The notes: generated by a model from the sequence alone, not told the origin. Shown: positions 28,715 through 39,206, numbered from the stretch's first letter. The stretch is 64,000 bases of DNA from an uncultured Acidobacteriota bacterium (GCA_963770895.1 CAVYRF010000002.1:5600001-5664000), one strand, 5' to 3'. Program-made: numbers and translations.

Positions 28715-30450
28715 AGGCCATCGGCACTCTGCTCGGCTTCCTCTACCGGCAGGCGCGCGGCCTGGCCAGCCTGGCGATCGCGGCCGGCCTGGTGAGCGGC
28801 GCCGCCGGCGCGGCGCAGCTCGCCATCCTCAACGCCGCGATCGACCAGGACGACGCGCACCGCCGGCTGGCGCTGTTCGCCGGCTTCGCGGCGCTGCTGC
28901 TGGTCGCTCCCGCCTCCCGGCTGGTCTGCCAATACCTGATGGTGAAGCTCGGCCAGGACGTGGTGTACGACCTGCGGCTGCGCCTGGCCGGCCTCATCGT
29001 GTCGGCGCCGCTGGCGCACCTGGAGCGGCTCGGCCCGAGCAAGCTGCTGGCGGCGCTCACCGACGACACCAGCGCCATCACCGAGGCGCTCATCGTGGTG
29101 CCGGAGGTGGCCAGCAACGGCGCCCTCTTCCTGGCCGGGCTGGTCTACCTGGGCTGGCTGTCGCCGCTGCTGCTGACGGCCTTCCTGACACTCTTCGTGC
29201 CGGTCCTGGTGCTCTACCGGTTCCCCGTCGCCAGCGCGTTCGAGCGCTACCGGCTGGCGCGGGAAGAGCAGGACGTCCTGTACGGCGCCTTCACCGGCGT
29301 CACTGCCGGCGCCAAGGAGCTGAAGCTGAACGCCGAGCGGCGCGCCGCCTTCTTCGGCCGGCTGGCGGCCACTGCCGGCGGCCTGCGCCGCCTGTTCGTG
29401 CGCGCCAACGTCACGCTCGCCGCGGCCGTCGCGGGCGCCTGGACGTTCTTCATGGCCGCGGTCGGATTGATCCTGTTCGGCGCGCCGCTGGTGCGCCCGG
29501 TGCCGCGGCAGACCCTGGTGGGGTACGCGCTGGTGCTGCTGTTCCTGCGCGGGCCGCTGCAGCTGGTGGTGGGGTCGTTTACGGCTCTCGGCCGCGGCGG
29601 CGTCGGGCTGCGCAAGCTCGAACGCCTGGGCTTCGAGATGCGGCAGTCCGCCGAGGCGGCCGAGCCCGCGGCGCCGGCCGCCGCCGGCCGTGCCGTCGCG
29701 GCTGCCGGTGCTGCCGGAGCCGCCGCCGGGTGGCGCCGGCTGGACCTGGAAGGCGTGACGTTCAGCTTCCATCGCGAGGACGGCGAAGCGGACTTCCTGC
29801 TGGGACCGGTCGACCTGACGCTGCGGCCGGGCGAGCTGGTCTTCCTGATCGGCGCCAACGGCAGCGGCAAGACCAGCTTCGCCAAGCTCCTGGCCGGCCT
29901 GTACGAGCCTGCCACCGGCGAGATCCGCTGGGACGGCGAGCGCGTCGACCGCGCCGGCCTGGACCGCTACCGGCAGAACTTTTCCGCCGTGTTCCACGAT
30001 TTCTATCTCTTCGCCGAGCTGCCCGGCGCGGCGCGGCCGGACCTGGCCGAGGTGTCGCGGCGCTACCTGCGCGACCTGCACCTGACGGGCAAGGTCGAGA
30101 TCGCCGACGGCCGGCTGTCGACGACCGACCTGTCGCAGGGGCAGCGCAAGCGCCTCGCCCTGCTCGCCGCGTACCTGGAGGACCGGCCGATCTACCTGTT
30201 CGACGAGTGGGCGGCGGACCAGGACCCCTACTTCAAGGAGGTGTTCTATCGCCGCATCGTGCCGCGGCTGCGGGAGGCCGGCAAGACGGTCGTGGTGATC
30301 AGCCACGACGACCGCTATTTCGACGTCGCCGACCGCATCGTCCGCTTCGACGAAGGGCGTGTCTCCTTCGGCGGTCCGGCGACACCTGCAAAGATAGGGA
30401 GCTCAATCGACGCTTCATCAACTACAATGCACGAACGAGAGTGCGTATGA
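28711..30450 (+). CDS. Cyclic peptide export ABC transporter (PvdE/SyrD/YojI family)
   Basis: ATGA overlap with the NRPS stop. N-terminal TM helices, Walker A GANGSGKT, signature LSQGQRKR, family hallmark DEWAADQDP. Confidence 0.93.
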   Translation: MKAIGTLLGFLYRQARGLASLAIAAGLVSGAAGAAQLAILNAAIDQDDAHRRLALFAGFAALLLVAPASRLVCQYLMVKLGQDVVYDLRLRLAGLIVSAPLAHLERLGPSKLLAALTDDTSAITEALIVVPEVASNGALFLAGLVYLGWLSPLLLTAFLTLFVPVLVLYRFPVASAFERYRLAREEQDVLYGAFTGVTAGAKELKLNAERRAAFFGRLAATAGGLRRLFVRANVTLAAAVAGAWTFFMAAVGLILFGAPLVRPVPRQTLVGYALVLLFLRGPLQLVVGSFTALGRGGVGLRKLERLGFEMRQSAEAAEPAAPAAAGRAVAAAGAAGAAAGWRRLDLEGVTFSFHREDGEADFLLGPVDLTLRPGELVFLIGANGSGKTSFAKLLAGLYEPATGEIRWDGERVDRAGLDRYRQNFSAVFHDFYLFAELPGAARPDLAEVSRRYLRDLHLTGKVEIADGRLSTTDLSQGQRKRLALLAAYLEDRPIYLFDEWAADQDPYFKEVFYRRIVPRLREAGKTVVVISHDDRYFDVADRIVRFDEGRVSFGGPATPAKIGSSIDASSTTMHERECV

Positions 30451-31733
30451 ATGCTTCAGGCCGCATGCAAATGGCGCTGTTCCGAGCCCGCGACGTCTGG
30501 CGGCAGGCGGTCGGCGCCGTCGTCGAACGGCAGGACCGGCGGGAGTTCGCGGCGTTCCACCGCGGCCTGGTGCGGCGCCAGGACATTCTCTACATGTTCT
30601 TCACCAGCGACCTGCTGCACTGGCTGGACCGGGCGCTCGCCTGCGTGCCGCCGGCGGTCAACCTGGTGCTGATCGGCTCGGACCTGTCGGCGGATGAACT
30701 GGCGTGGATCCGTTCGCGCTACCGCCGGCCGTTCCACCACATCCGCTCGCGGGTGGACGACAACACCGTGCTGGACCTCGCCTTCCGGGCGGCGGCGGGC
30801 AACTTCGGCTGGCTGCACGTCGACTGCTTCGTGCTCAACCCGCGGCTCTTCCAGGAGATGGCCGACCTGCCCGACGACGTGGTAGCCAACTGCATCTGGT
30901 CGCACCCGGCGGCGCCGAGCGCAACCGGTGCGCACGATGGCCCCGGTGCGTCGAGCGCGGACGGCGCCCAGGCCCTGCACTCGGCCTTCGTCTTCATCAA
31001 CTACGGCGTGATCCGGGCGCTGCGCCGGCGCGGCCTGCTGCCGTCGCCGTGCAGCCACCACTACCAGGGCGCCGCGACGGGGCGCACGGTCACCCGCCGC
31101 AAGCTCTACAGCCGGGTGCCGCGGCGGCGCCACGTCGCCCAGCTGGCGCGGGTGCTGCCGCCCGGCGCCGACGGGCTGCCGCAGTATCCGCAGCGGGGCA
31201 ACTATTTCCAGGTTCTTGTCGTATTTCAGCTGGTAGCGAACGCGCTCGGCTACCGCCTCCGCCAGGTGCGCGATCTGCGGCGCGACGGCACCGGCTCGGC
31301 GGCCAACTTCTCGAACGAGATCGTGCATGTCAACGGCGTCGCCACCTACAAGTCGTACCGCGACGATGCGACGACCATCGGCGGGCGTTTCTACCCGCTG
31401 TTGCTGCAGGCGGACTACGTGATGCTGGCGGCGCTGGGAGACGACGTGCCGCCGCGCTACCGCCAGCTGCGCGGTGAGCTGGAAACCGAGCTGACCCGCC
31501 TGCGCATCCCGGTGCGGGCGGCACGGCGCAACCTCGGCGCCTTTCTGGCTGAGCGCGGCATCGCCCCCGATCGCGCGGCACTCATCCTCGGCAAGCCCGA
31601 AGCATCCGAAGCGCCGGTAGCGCCCGCAACACCCCTGGCGCCCCTTGCAGTCACCGCGCCCGAAGCGAGCCCCGAAGCACACCGGGAACCTGCCCTGGCC
31701 GGCAGGACTTCCGTACAGGAGACACATCGATGA
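30447..31733 (+). CDS. Hypothetical protein, possibly glycosyltransferase GT-A-like
   Basis: ATGA overlaps at both ends and coding-like codon use. FGWLHVDCFV resembles the hhhDxD strand of GT-A folds. Function is inferred only. Confidence 0.6.
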   Translation: MNASGRMQMALFRARDVWRQAVGAVVERQDRREFAAFHRGLVRRQDILYMFFTSDLLHWLDRALACVPPAVNLVLIGSDLSADELAWIRSRYRRPFHHIRSRVDDNTVLDLAFRAAAGNFGWLHVDCFVLNPRLFQEMADLPDDVVANCIWSHPAAPSATGAHDGPGASSADGAQALHSAFVFINYGVIRALRRRGLLPSPCSHHYQGAATGRTVTRRKLYSRVPRRRHVAQLARVLPPGADGLPQYPQRGNYFQVLVVFQLVANALGYRLRQVRDLRRDGTGSAANFSNEIVHVNGVATYKSYRDDATTIGGRFYPLLLQADYVMLAALGDDVPPRYRQLRGELETELTRLRIPVRAARRNLGAFLAERGIAPDRAALILGKPEASEAPVAPATPLAPLAVTAPEASPEAHREPALAGRTSVQETHR

Positions 31734-34180
31734 GCCTCACCGCTTCGTTCCGCCAGGATCTGCGCTGGAGTCAGCACATGATGCGCCGCAACCTCGCTCT
31801 GACCGCGGCGGTCGTGCTCTCGCTCGGCATGACGATCGGCGCCAACACGGCTACTTTCAGCGTGCTCAATGCGTTCCTGCTGCGGCCGCTGTCGATCCAG
31901 GACGCCGACCGCGTGGTGCGCGTGCGTGAAAACCTGGCGGCGCCCGACAAGGCGCCGTCCCTGCGCAGCCTGACGGCGGCAAACTACGGCGCCTGGCGGG
32001 CTCACCAGCGGGTCTTCACCGATATCGCGGCGGCCACCGGCACCAGCCTGACGCTGACCGGCAGCGGCGAACCCGAGCGTTTCTCGGCCGCGCTGATCAG
32101 CGCCAACTTCTTCCCGCTGCTGGGCATCCAGCCGCTGCTCGGGCGCAACATCGCGGCCGAGGAAGACCGTCCCGGCCAGAACCAGGTGGTCATCCTCAGC
32201 TTCGACGTCTGGCAGCAGCGGTTCGGCGGCGACCCGGCCATCATCGGCCAGCTGATCCGGCTCAACGGCGAGCGCTACACGGTGATCGGCGTGATGAACC
32301 GCGGCTTTCACCACCCCTACGAAGCGGACATGTGGGTGCCGCTCGCCTATCACGAAGACCCCACCGCCGCCGCCGTCGACCAGGAGTACTACGCCCCGGC
32401 GCGGCTCAAGCCGGGAGTCACCCTGGAGCAGGCGCGCCAGCAGATGAACGACCTGGTCAAGCACCTGCGGGAGGACAACCCGCGGCCCAACGCGCCAAAG
32501 TCGGCGGACCTGAGCCCGATCCGCCACGAGCTGGTGGGCGACCTCGACAAGCTGCTCTACCTCATGGTCGCGGCGTCCGCCTTCGTCCTGCTCATCGCCT
32601 GCGTCAACGTCTCCAACCTCTTGCTGGCGCAGGGCCTCAAGCAGTCCGCGGAGGTCGCGGTGCGGGTCGCGCTGGGCGCCACGCGCGGCCGCCTGATCCG
32701 CCAGATCCTGACTTACAGCCTGCTGCTGGCGATGCTGGGCGCGGTGCTCGGCATCCTGCTCGCTTCGTGGTCGATGAAGCCGCTGGTCGCCCTCAGCCCG
32801 GCCTATGCGCTGGGCGAATTCGACATCGAGCCGCGGCTGGACCTGCCGACCCTGGGCTTCACCCTGATCGCCTCCCTGGTGGTCGGTTTCCTGTTCGGCA
32901 TGATGCCGGCCCTGCGCATGTCCCGCACCAGCATCAGCAGCACGCTGCAGGAAGGCGGCCGCGCCCGCACCCTGGGCAAGGCCGGGCGCCGCCTGCTCAG
33001 CGCCCTGGTGGTCGCCGAAGTGGCGCTGTCGCTGGTGCTGCTGGTCGGCGCCGGCCTGATCTTGCGCAGCTTCCAGCGCCTGCAGGCGGAAAACCGCGGC
33101 TTCGACATGCACAACGTGCTCAGCTTCACGGTGCCGCTGCCCGACTTCAAGTTCCCCAACCGCCTGCAAAAGGTGGCGTTCGTCAAGAAAGCCCTGGACC
33201 GCCTGCACGCCGTGCCGGGCGCCGAAGGGGTGGGCGGCAGCACCGCCCAGCCGCTGTACACCGGGACCTATGCCACCAGCTTCAACGTCGAAGGCAACCT
33301 GGTCACCACCGATCGCGGCTACCACATGGTGCACAACCGCATCGTCACCCCCGGCTATCTGGAATCGCTGCGCGTGCCGCTGCTTGCCGGCCGCTACCTC
33401 AACGATCACGACACCGCGGACTCGCCGTGGGTGGTGGTGGTCAGCAAGTCGCTGGCCGACCGCTACTGGCCCGGCCAGAGCGCGATCGGCAAGCGGGTCA
33501 AGCGCGGCCGCTTCGACTCGACCCGGCCCTGGCTGACGGTGGTGGGCGTCGTCGGCTCGATCAAGGAGACGCACGACGAGCTGATCGACACCGACGACGC
33601 CTGGTACTTGCCCTACAGCCAGCCGATCTTCGACGACATCCCGCGCATGACGTTCATGGTGCGCATGCCTTCCAACGCCGCGGCGGTGGCGCCGGCGGTG
33701 CGCGAAGCCATTCACCTGGCCGACAAGGACGAGCCGATCTACAGCATGATGACGATGGAGGAGCGCTTCGCGCAGCGCACCACGCCCGAGCGCTTCAGCA
33801 CGGTCATCTACACCAGCCTGGGTTGCCTCGGCCTGCTGCTGGCGGCGATCGGCATCTACGGCGTGCTCTCCTTCAGCGTCAACCAGCGGCTGCGGGAGAT
33901 CGGCATCCGCACGGCGATGGGCGCCCAGCCGCGACAGCTGCGCGCCCTGGTCATGACCTCCGCGATGCGCTTGACCGCGGCCGGCCTGGTGCTCGGGGTG
34001 ATCGGCGCGCTGGTGCTCACCAAGCTGCTGTCCAGCCAGCTCTACCAGGTCAGCCCGCACGACCCGGTGGCACTGGTGGTGGCGCTGATCTGCCTGGCGG
34101 TGATCGCCTTCCTGTCGGCCTACCTGCCGGCGCGGCGGGCTTCCAGGATCGACGCGGTCAAGGCCCTGCGCTTCGAATGA
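31730..34180 (+). CDS. ADOP-family (duplicated MacB/FtsX) ABC permease
   Basis: 816 aa. Motifs LGMTIGANTATFS, VLLIACVNVSNLLL, VRVALGA, EIGIRTAMGA, PARRASRID. Confidence 0.92.
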   Translation: MSLTASFRQDLRWSQHMMRRNLALTAAVVLSLGMTIGANTATFSVLNAFLLRPLSIQDADRVVRVRENLAAPDKAPSLRSLTAANYGAWRAHQRVFTDIAAATGTSLTLTGSGEPERFSAALISANFFPLLGIQPLLGRNIAAEEDRPGQNQVVILSFDVWQQRFGGDPAIIGQLIRLNGERYTVIGVMNRGFHHPYEADMWVPLAYHEDPTAAAVDQEYYAPARLKPGVTLEQARQQMNDLVKHLREDNPRPNAPKSADLSPIRHELVGDLDKLLYLMVAASAFVLLIACVNVSNLLLAQGLKQSAEVAVRVALGATRGRLIRQILTYSLLLAMLGAVLGILLASWSMKPLVALSPAYALGEFDIEPRLDLPTLGFTLIASLVVGFLFGMMPALRMSRTSISSTLQEGGRARTLGKAGRRLLSALVVAEVALSLVLLVGAGLILRSFQRLQAENRGFDMHNVLSFTVPLPDFKFPNRLQKVAFVKKALDRLHAVPGAEGVGGSTAQPLYTGTYATSFNVEGNLVTTDRGYHMVHNRIVTPGYLESLRVPLLAGRYLNDHDTADSPWVVVVSKSLADRYWPGQSAIGKRVKRGRFDSTRPWLTVVGVVGSIKETHDELIDTDDAWYLPYSQPIFDDIPRMTFMVRMPSNAAAVAPAVREAIHLADKDEPIYSMMTMEERFAQRTTPERFSTVIYTSLGCLGLLLAAIGIYGVLSFSVNQRLREIGIRTAMGAQPRQLRALVMTSAMRLTAAGLVLGVIGALVLTKLLSSQLYQVSPHDPVALVVALICLAVIAFLSAYLPARRASRIDAVKALRFE

Positions 34181-36759
34181 GCGTCGCGGCGCCTGCGGGC
34201 GGGCCGCCCGCCGCCGGGCGCCCACGGATCGCCCTGCGCCGGGCGGGGCTGGCCGCCGTCGGCGTCTTCTTCCTGCTGGCGGCCCTGGGAGTGGCCGTCG
34301 CATATGTGCGGCACAGGCTCATCGCCGACCTGCCGGCGGTTTCGGGGACGCTCTCCGTCGCCGGCCTGGCGGCGCCGGTCCAGATCGCGCGCGACGCCCT
34401 GGGCGTGCCCACCCTGCGCGGCGCCGACCGGCGGGACGTCGCCTTTGCCACCGGCTTCGTGCATGCGCAGGATCGCTTCTTCCAGATGGACCTGCTGCGG
34501 CGCCGCGCCGCCGGCGAGCTGGCCGAGCTGTTCGGCGCCCCGGCCCTGCGGCTCGACAAGGCGATGCGCATCCACCTGTTTCGCGAGCACGCCCAGCGGG
34601 TGCTGGCGGCGAGCCCGCCGGACGTGCGCGGGGTGCTCGACGCCTACACCGCCGGGGTGAACGCCGGCCTCGGCGCGCTCCAGGCGCCGCCTTTCGAATA
34701 CCTGGTCCTACGCGTCAACCCGCGCCCCTGGCGCGGCGAAGATTCGGTGCTGGTGCTGTTCACCATGTTCGCCCAGCTCGCCGACGTCAACGCCGCCAAC
34801 GAGTCGGCGCTGTCGCTGATGCGCGATCGGCTGCCGCCGGAGCTGTACCGCTTCCTGGTGCCAGAAGCGACGGAATGGGAAGCGCCGCTGGCCGGGACGC
34901 CGCCGCCTGCCGCGCCGCCGCCGGGGCCCCAGGCGTTCGACCTGCGGCGCGAGCCGCGCACGGCAGCGGGCGGCGCGCGTGGCGTGGGCGGTGCGAGCGC
35001 CGGCGTCGGTGCCGGCGGGTTGGCGGTGGCGGCAGGGCCGGCGGGGGAGGACGTCGCGGCCGCGGCCGCCGCCGCGGCTCCCATGGCGAGCAACAGCTGG
35101 GCGGTGGCAGGGCGGCTGACCGCCGACGGCGGCGCGTTGCTGGCCGACGAGCTGCACCTGGGGCTGGCGGTGCCCAACGCCTGGTACCGCGCGGTGCTGA
35201 CGTGGCCGGCAGAGGGCGGCGTGGCGGCCGGCGTGGCGCCCCACCGGATCGCGGGAGTCACCCTGCCGGGGACGCCGCTGATGGTCGCGGGGAGCAACGG
35301 CCTGGTGGCGTGGGGGGTGACCAACAGCGCGCTCGACACCAGCGACCTGGTGCTGCTCGACCTGGACCCCGCCCATCCCGATCGCTACCTCACGCCGCAG
35401 GGATCGCTGCCGTTCGAGCATCACAGCGAGCATCTGCAGGTCAAGGGCGGCGCCGGCAGCGCGCTGCCGGTCGACTGGACCATCTGGGGCCCGGTGCTGG
35501 ACCAGGACTGGCGCGGCCGCAAGCGGGCGGTGCGGGCGGTCGTGGACCAGCCGGATGGCGCCGACTTTTCCATCCTGCGGCTGGAAACCGCCGCCGACCT
35601 GGGCCAGGCGCTGGACGTCGCGGCGGCCAGCGGCGTGCCGGCGCTCAACTTTGTCGCCGCCGACCGCCAGGGGCACATCGGCTGGACCATCGCCGGACGG
35701 CTGCCGCGCCGCGCCGGTTTCGACGGCGAAACCGCCGGTCCGTGGGCGGACGGGGCGCGACGGTGGGAGGGGCTGTTGCCGCCCGCCGCGGTGCCGCGGG
35801 TGGTCGATCCTCCCGCGGGGCTCCTCTGGACCGCCAACAACCGGGTCCTGGCGGGGGAGGCAGGGGCGCCGCTGGGGCGCGGCGGCTACGTCCTGGGCGC
35901 GCGGGCGCGGCAGATCCGCGACGACCTGCAGGCCCTGGCGCATCCGACCGCCGACGACATGCGGCGCATTCAGCTGGACGACCGGGCGGTGTTCCTGGCG
36001 CGCTGGCACGACCTGCTGCTCACCGTGCTGACGCCGCGGGCGGTGGCTGCCGACTCGCGTCGAGGGGAGATGCGCCAGCTGGTCGAGCATTGGAGCGGGC
36101 GAGCCGACGTCGGCTCGGCGGGCTACCGCATGGTGCGCACCTTCCGCACCATGGTCGGCCGCGCCGTCTTCGCGCCGCTCACCGCCGCCTGCCTGGCGGT
36201 GAACCCCGACTTCCGCTACACCGAAAGCTTCAACCAGTACGAGGGGCCGCTGTGGCAGCTGGTGACGCGCCGCCCGCTCAACCTGCTGCAGCCCAAGTAT
36301 GCGAGCTGGGACGAGCAGCTCCTGGCGGCGGCGGATCAGGCCATCGAGCTGCTGGTCTCCAAGGGCCCGCGGCTCGCCGACCGCACCTGGGGCGAGCGCA
36401 ACACGCTGGCGATGGAGCATCCGATGAGCGAAGCGCTGCCGATCGTCGGCCGGCATCTGTCGATGCCGCCGCGGCCGCTGCCCGGCGACGACGAGATGCC
36501 ACGCGTGCAGGGTCCCTCCTTCGGCGCCACCGTGCGCATGGTGGTGTCGCCCGGTCACGAAGACCAGGCCATCCTGGAAATGCCCGGTGGCGAGAGCGGC
36601 AACCCCATTTCGCCGCACTACCACGACCTGCTGGACTCCTGGGCCGAGGGCGCTCCCGCGCCGCTGCTTCCCGGCAAGACGGTGACCGTTCTGAACCTGG
36701 TGCCGGCCGGCCCGGCGACGGCGGCCCCGGCGGCAGCACAGCCCACACCCCCGCGTTAG
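34177..36759 (+). CDS. Penicillin acylase / PvdQ-like Ntn hydrolase
   Basis: ATGA overlap. N-terminal TM/signal anchor, RDALGVP, GFVHAQDRFFQMDL, beta-chain nucleophile SNSWAV, WGVTN, TANNR, PGGESGNP.SPHY. Confidence 0.93.
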   Translation: MSVAAPAGGPPAAGRPRIALRRAGLAAVGVFFLLAALGVAVAYVRHRLIADLPAVSGTLSVAGLAAPVQIARDALGVPTLRGADRRDVAFATGFVHAQDRFFQMDLLRRRAAGELAELFGAPALRLDKAMRIHLFREHAQRVLAASPPDVRGVLDAYTAGVNAGLGALQAPPFEYLVLRVNPRPWRGEDSVLVLFTMFAQLADVNAANESALSLMRDRLPPELYRFLVPEATEWEAPLAGTPPPAAPPPGPQAFDLRREPRTAAGGARGVGGASAGVGAGGLAVAAGPAGEDVAAAAAAAAPMASNSWAVAGRLTADGGALLADELHLGLAVPNAWYRAVLTWPAEGGVAAGVAPHRIAGVTLPGTPLMVAGSNGLVAWGVTNSALDTSDLVLLDLDPAHPDRYLTPQGSLPFEHHSEHLQVKGGAGSALPVDWTIWGPVLDQDWRGRKRAVRAVVDQPDGADFSILRLETAADLGQALDVAAASGVPALNFVAADRQGHIGWTIAGRLPRRAGFDGETAGPWADGARRWEGLLPPAAVPRVVDPPAGLLWTANNRVLAGEAGAPLGRGGYVLGARARQIRDDLQALAHPTADDMRRIQLDDRAVFLARWHDLLLTVLTPRAVAADSRRGEMRQLVEHWSGRADVGSAGYRMVRTFRTMVGRAVFAPLTAACLAVNPDFRYTESFNQYEGPLWQLVTRRPLNLLQPKYASWDEQLLAAADQAIELLVSKGPRLADRTWGERNTLAMEHPMSEALPIVGRHLSMPPRPLPGDDEMPRVQGPSFGATVRMVVSPGHEDQAILEMPGGESGNPISPHYHDLLDSWAEGAPAPLLPGKTVTVLNLVPAGPATAAPAAAQPTPPR

Positions 36760-36816
36760 CGGCCGGGCCGGGTCGAGTCGCCGACCAACTCCGGCGCGCG
36801 GCTGGCCTGAAAAGCA

Positions 36817-36849
36817 CGACGCCCCGGCTGCATCCAGCGCGGGGCGTCG
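36817..36849. terminator. GC-rich hairpin between convergent genes (possible terminator)
   Basis: cgacgccccg (36817-36826) pairs with cggggcgtcg (36840-36849). There is no clear U tract. Confidence 0.4.
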
Positions 36850-36873
36850 AAGGCTACGGCGAAGGACGGCGGG

Positions 36874-37320
36874 TCAATGCGATTCCGCGATCCCGGCCTC
36901 GACCAGGTGAATCGCCTTGTCGAGGTGCTTCAGGGTGCGCCCCCGCAGCCCGCGGGCAAAGTCGTTGGACTCTTCCTGATCGATGTCGTGGTGCGCCGAA
37001 CGCAGCAGCTCCAGGCCGCGGTGCAGGCGGCCGGGGCGGTCCATCTTGGAATCGACAGGCGGGTGAAAGTCCAGATCCTTGCCGTCGTCGATCGATGCTG
37101 CCTTGATGTCGCGGATCGCGGCATTGATCTCAGCGACCGCGCCTGCTTCGTCCCAGCGCATTTGCGCGTCGCCGCCACGCCGCTCGATATGGCCGCGCGC
37201 CGCGCGCAGATCAGACAGCGCGTGCAGGTAGTGCGGGTGCGGCCCGGGCTGGTCAGCACGCGCTGCCAGGGGAACGATTGCCGCGAGCAGGACAACCAAA
37301 AGCCTTGCCAGGTTCTTCAT
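36874..37320 (-). CDS. Secreted His-rich helical hypothetical protein
   Basis: Signal peptide MKNLARLLVVLLAAIVPLAARA followed by HPHYLHALSDLRAAR; GGAG upstream. Confidence 0.75.
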   Translation of the reverse strand: MKNLARLLVVLLAAIVPLAARADQPGPHPHYLHALSDLRAARGHIERRGGDAQMRWDEAGAVAEINAAIRDIKAASIDDGKDLDFHPPVDSKMDRPGRLHRGLELLRSAHHDIDQEESNDFARGLRGRTLKHLDKAIHLVEAGIAESH

Positions 37321-37710
37321 CAGGGAAATCTCCTTTTGTCCAGGCAGAATCGTCGTCATCCGCGCGCACGCTGCGCCGACACATCGATCTCCGACAGAAA
37401 GCCGCCGTCGTCGAATCGCGCTCGTTCCAACCACGAAGAAAAAGGGGGGTACAGCTCCAGCGCTCCCAGTGTCCGTCGAATCCTTGCGGGAAGTCAAGGA
37501 CGGCCCGCGCCGGAGGCATCGGGCCTCCAGCGCTCGCAGCGGTGGCGGTGGGCGCCCAACGTGGTGCGGAGATTGCCGTCCGGGATCACCTGATGGCTTG
37601 GCCTTGCCGGCAGCAAGGTCTACACTTCCGGCGCCGACGGAGGCAAAGCATCAGTGTCCCGCCGCGCCGCGGATCGGAGCGGACCTCAACCGACGCACAC
37701 GATACAAGCC

Positions 37711-38022
37711 ATGTACACGGAACTGATCGGTTATGCCGCCGCGGCGGTGAGCACCTCCCTGATGCTGCCACAGGTGATCAAATTGGTGGTGACCCGGCGG
37801 GGTGCGGACCTGTCGATGTGGATGGTCGTGCTCTATCTGCTCAACTGCCTCCTGTGGTTGATCTATGGCCTGCTCACCCGTTCGCAGCCGCTGATCGTCG
37901 CCAACTCCCTGGCGCTGGTGGTAAGCATCCTCCAGCTGGCGCTCAAGCTCCGCTATGGACGGTCGCCGGAACCAGCCGCAGCGCTGCCCGCCGCCGCCGG
38001 CGGCAACGACGATCCAACCTGA
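37711..38022 (+). CDS. SemiSWEET / PQ-loop family transporter
   Basis: About 103 aa with three TM helices; motifs LPQVIK, DLS, LWLIYG, PLIVAN. Confidence 0.88.
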   Translation: MYTELIGYAAAAVSTSLMLPQVIKLVVTRRGADLSMWMVVLYLLNCLLWLIYGLLTRSQPLIVANSLALVVSILQLALKLRYGRSPEPAAALPAAAGGNDDPT

Positions 38023-38156
38023 TCGGACCGCCGCCGCGGCACAGCGGCCGCAGCGGCGCGGTACGACTGGTCAAGCATCGGCACGTGCCATCGCCAGGCC
38101 ATTGGCCGCGCCAACCCACCGTGCCCCTGCCAAGCGGAGCAAGGACCCGCCCTGTG

Positions 38157-38642
38157 TTACGAGGTCGGCACGCTGGTGCAATCGAAATAATGGATGACGT
38201 CGATGGTCATACCACCCATCGGCCCCGTCAGGATCGACGCCGTAGGGTATTGCGCCGGCGGCGAGCTGAAGGCGTTGACGATCAAATAAACGCAGCCGTT
38301 GGACTCTTCGGTGGAGGAGTGGAGCGGCGCCGTCACCGCCGCCGTGGGCGTCCAACCCGCCGGGACGCTCGAAGCGCTGGGATCGATGGTGTACTCGCAC
38401 GACGACGTGCTGGCCGCGACGGTGCACGAATACGTGCGCGTCGTGGCCCCGGTGCCGGACGAGTTTTCGAACACGACCTCCACCGCGCACACGCGGTCGC
38501 GAGGCGTATCGTTAAGCGCGCCGCTGCCGCTGGTCGAAACCGTGTATCCCAAGTTGCAGATGAACGGGTAGGTGGTGGCCCCCGCCGCCGCCGCGATGCC
38601 GATCGCCAGCAGGGCACAGACACAAAGTGACCTGGAAAGCAT
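38157..38642 (-). CDS. Secreted Cys/Ser/Thr-rich hypothetical protein
   Basis: Signal-like LCVCALLAIGIAAAAGA; beta-rich mature region with 6 Cys. Confidence 0.6.
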   Translation of the reverse strand: MLSRSLCVCALLAIGIAAAAGATTYPFICNLGYTVSTSGSGALNDTPRDRVCAVEVVFENSSGTGATTRTYSCTVAASTSSCEYTIDPSASSVPAGWTPTAAVTAPLHSSTEESNGCVYLIVNAFSSPPAQYPTASILTGPMGGMTIDVIHYFDCTSVPTS

Positions 38643-38825
38643 GGAGCACCTCAAAAGACGCCAGCCCGCTCCCGCGCCATGCAAAGAGCGCTGACGACCC
38701 CATCCATCAATATATAATTAGAGACGCATTTCAGGCAAGACGAACCGCTGGCTCTGGAGCTTCATTCAGGATCAGGATGGCTTCGAGCGCGGCAGCCGGC
38801 AACAGGCTCCCGCGGAGCCGCGCCG

Positions 38826-39206
38826 TTAGTGGGGCGTCCCGCCCCGCTCCAGGTGCTCCGAGCGCTCGCGGAGCTGCCGCATTGTGGCCTGCAACTCGCT
38901 GTACGGTTGTGCGTTGGCGCCCGCTCCGCCCGGCGAGAGGGCTGCCCTGCGCTCCCGGCGCAGGAGCACCGCCCGGCGGGCCTGCACGGCTGCCAGGATG
39001 GCGCAGAATCCCGCGGCCAGCCCAGCGGGCACCCAGGCATCGGGTTTCTCGAACCCCACCATCAGGAACACGACGCCGACCGTTGCGTCACGGATCGCCC
39101 AGGAGCCAGGGTACCGGGTGCGAGAGGTCAGCTTTCGCCAAAATGAGCGGCGCTGCTTCCCGTCGGAGGCCTGCTCGCGATCCTGCTGCTCCATGAGGGG
39201 CACCAT
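38826..39206 (-). CDS. Small membrane hypothetical protein
   Basis: Two hydrophobic segments in a 126-aa ORF; start uncertain. Confidence 0.45.
   Translation of the reverse strand: MVPLMEQQDREQASDGKQRRSFWRKLTSRTRYPGSWAIRDATVGVVFLMVGFEKPDAWVPAGLAAGFCAILAAVQARRAVLLRRERRAALSPGGAGANAQPYSELQATMRQLRERSEHLERGGTPH

Noticed and set aside
37330-37700. Intergenic region as a possible riboswitch or sRNA
   Set aside because: Only short GC hairpins are present and I recognise no family motif. An Rfam search would be needed.
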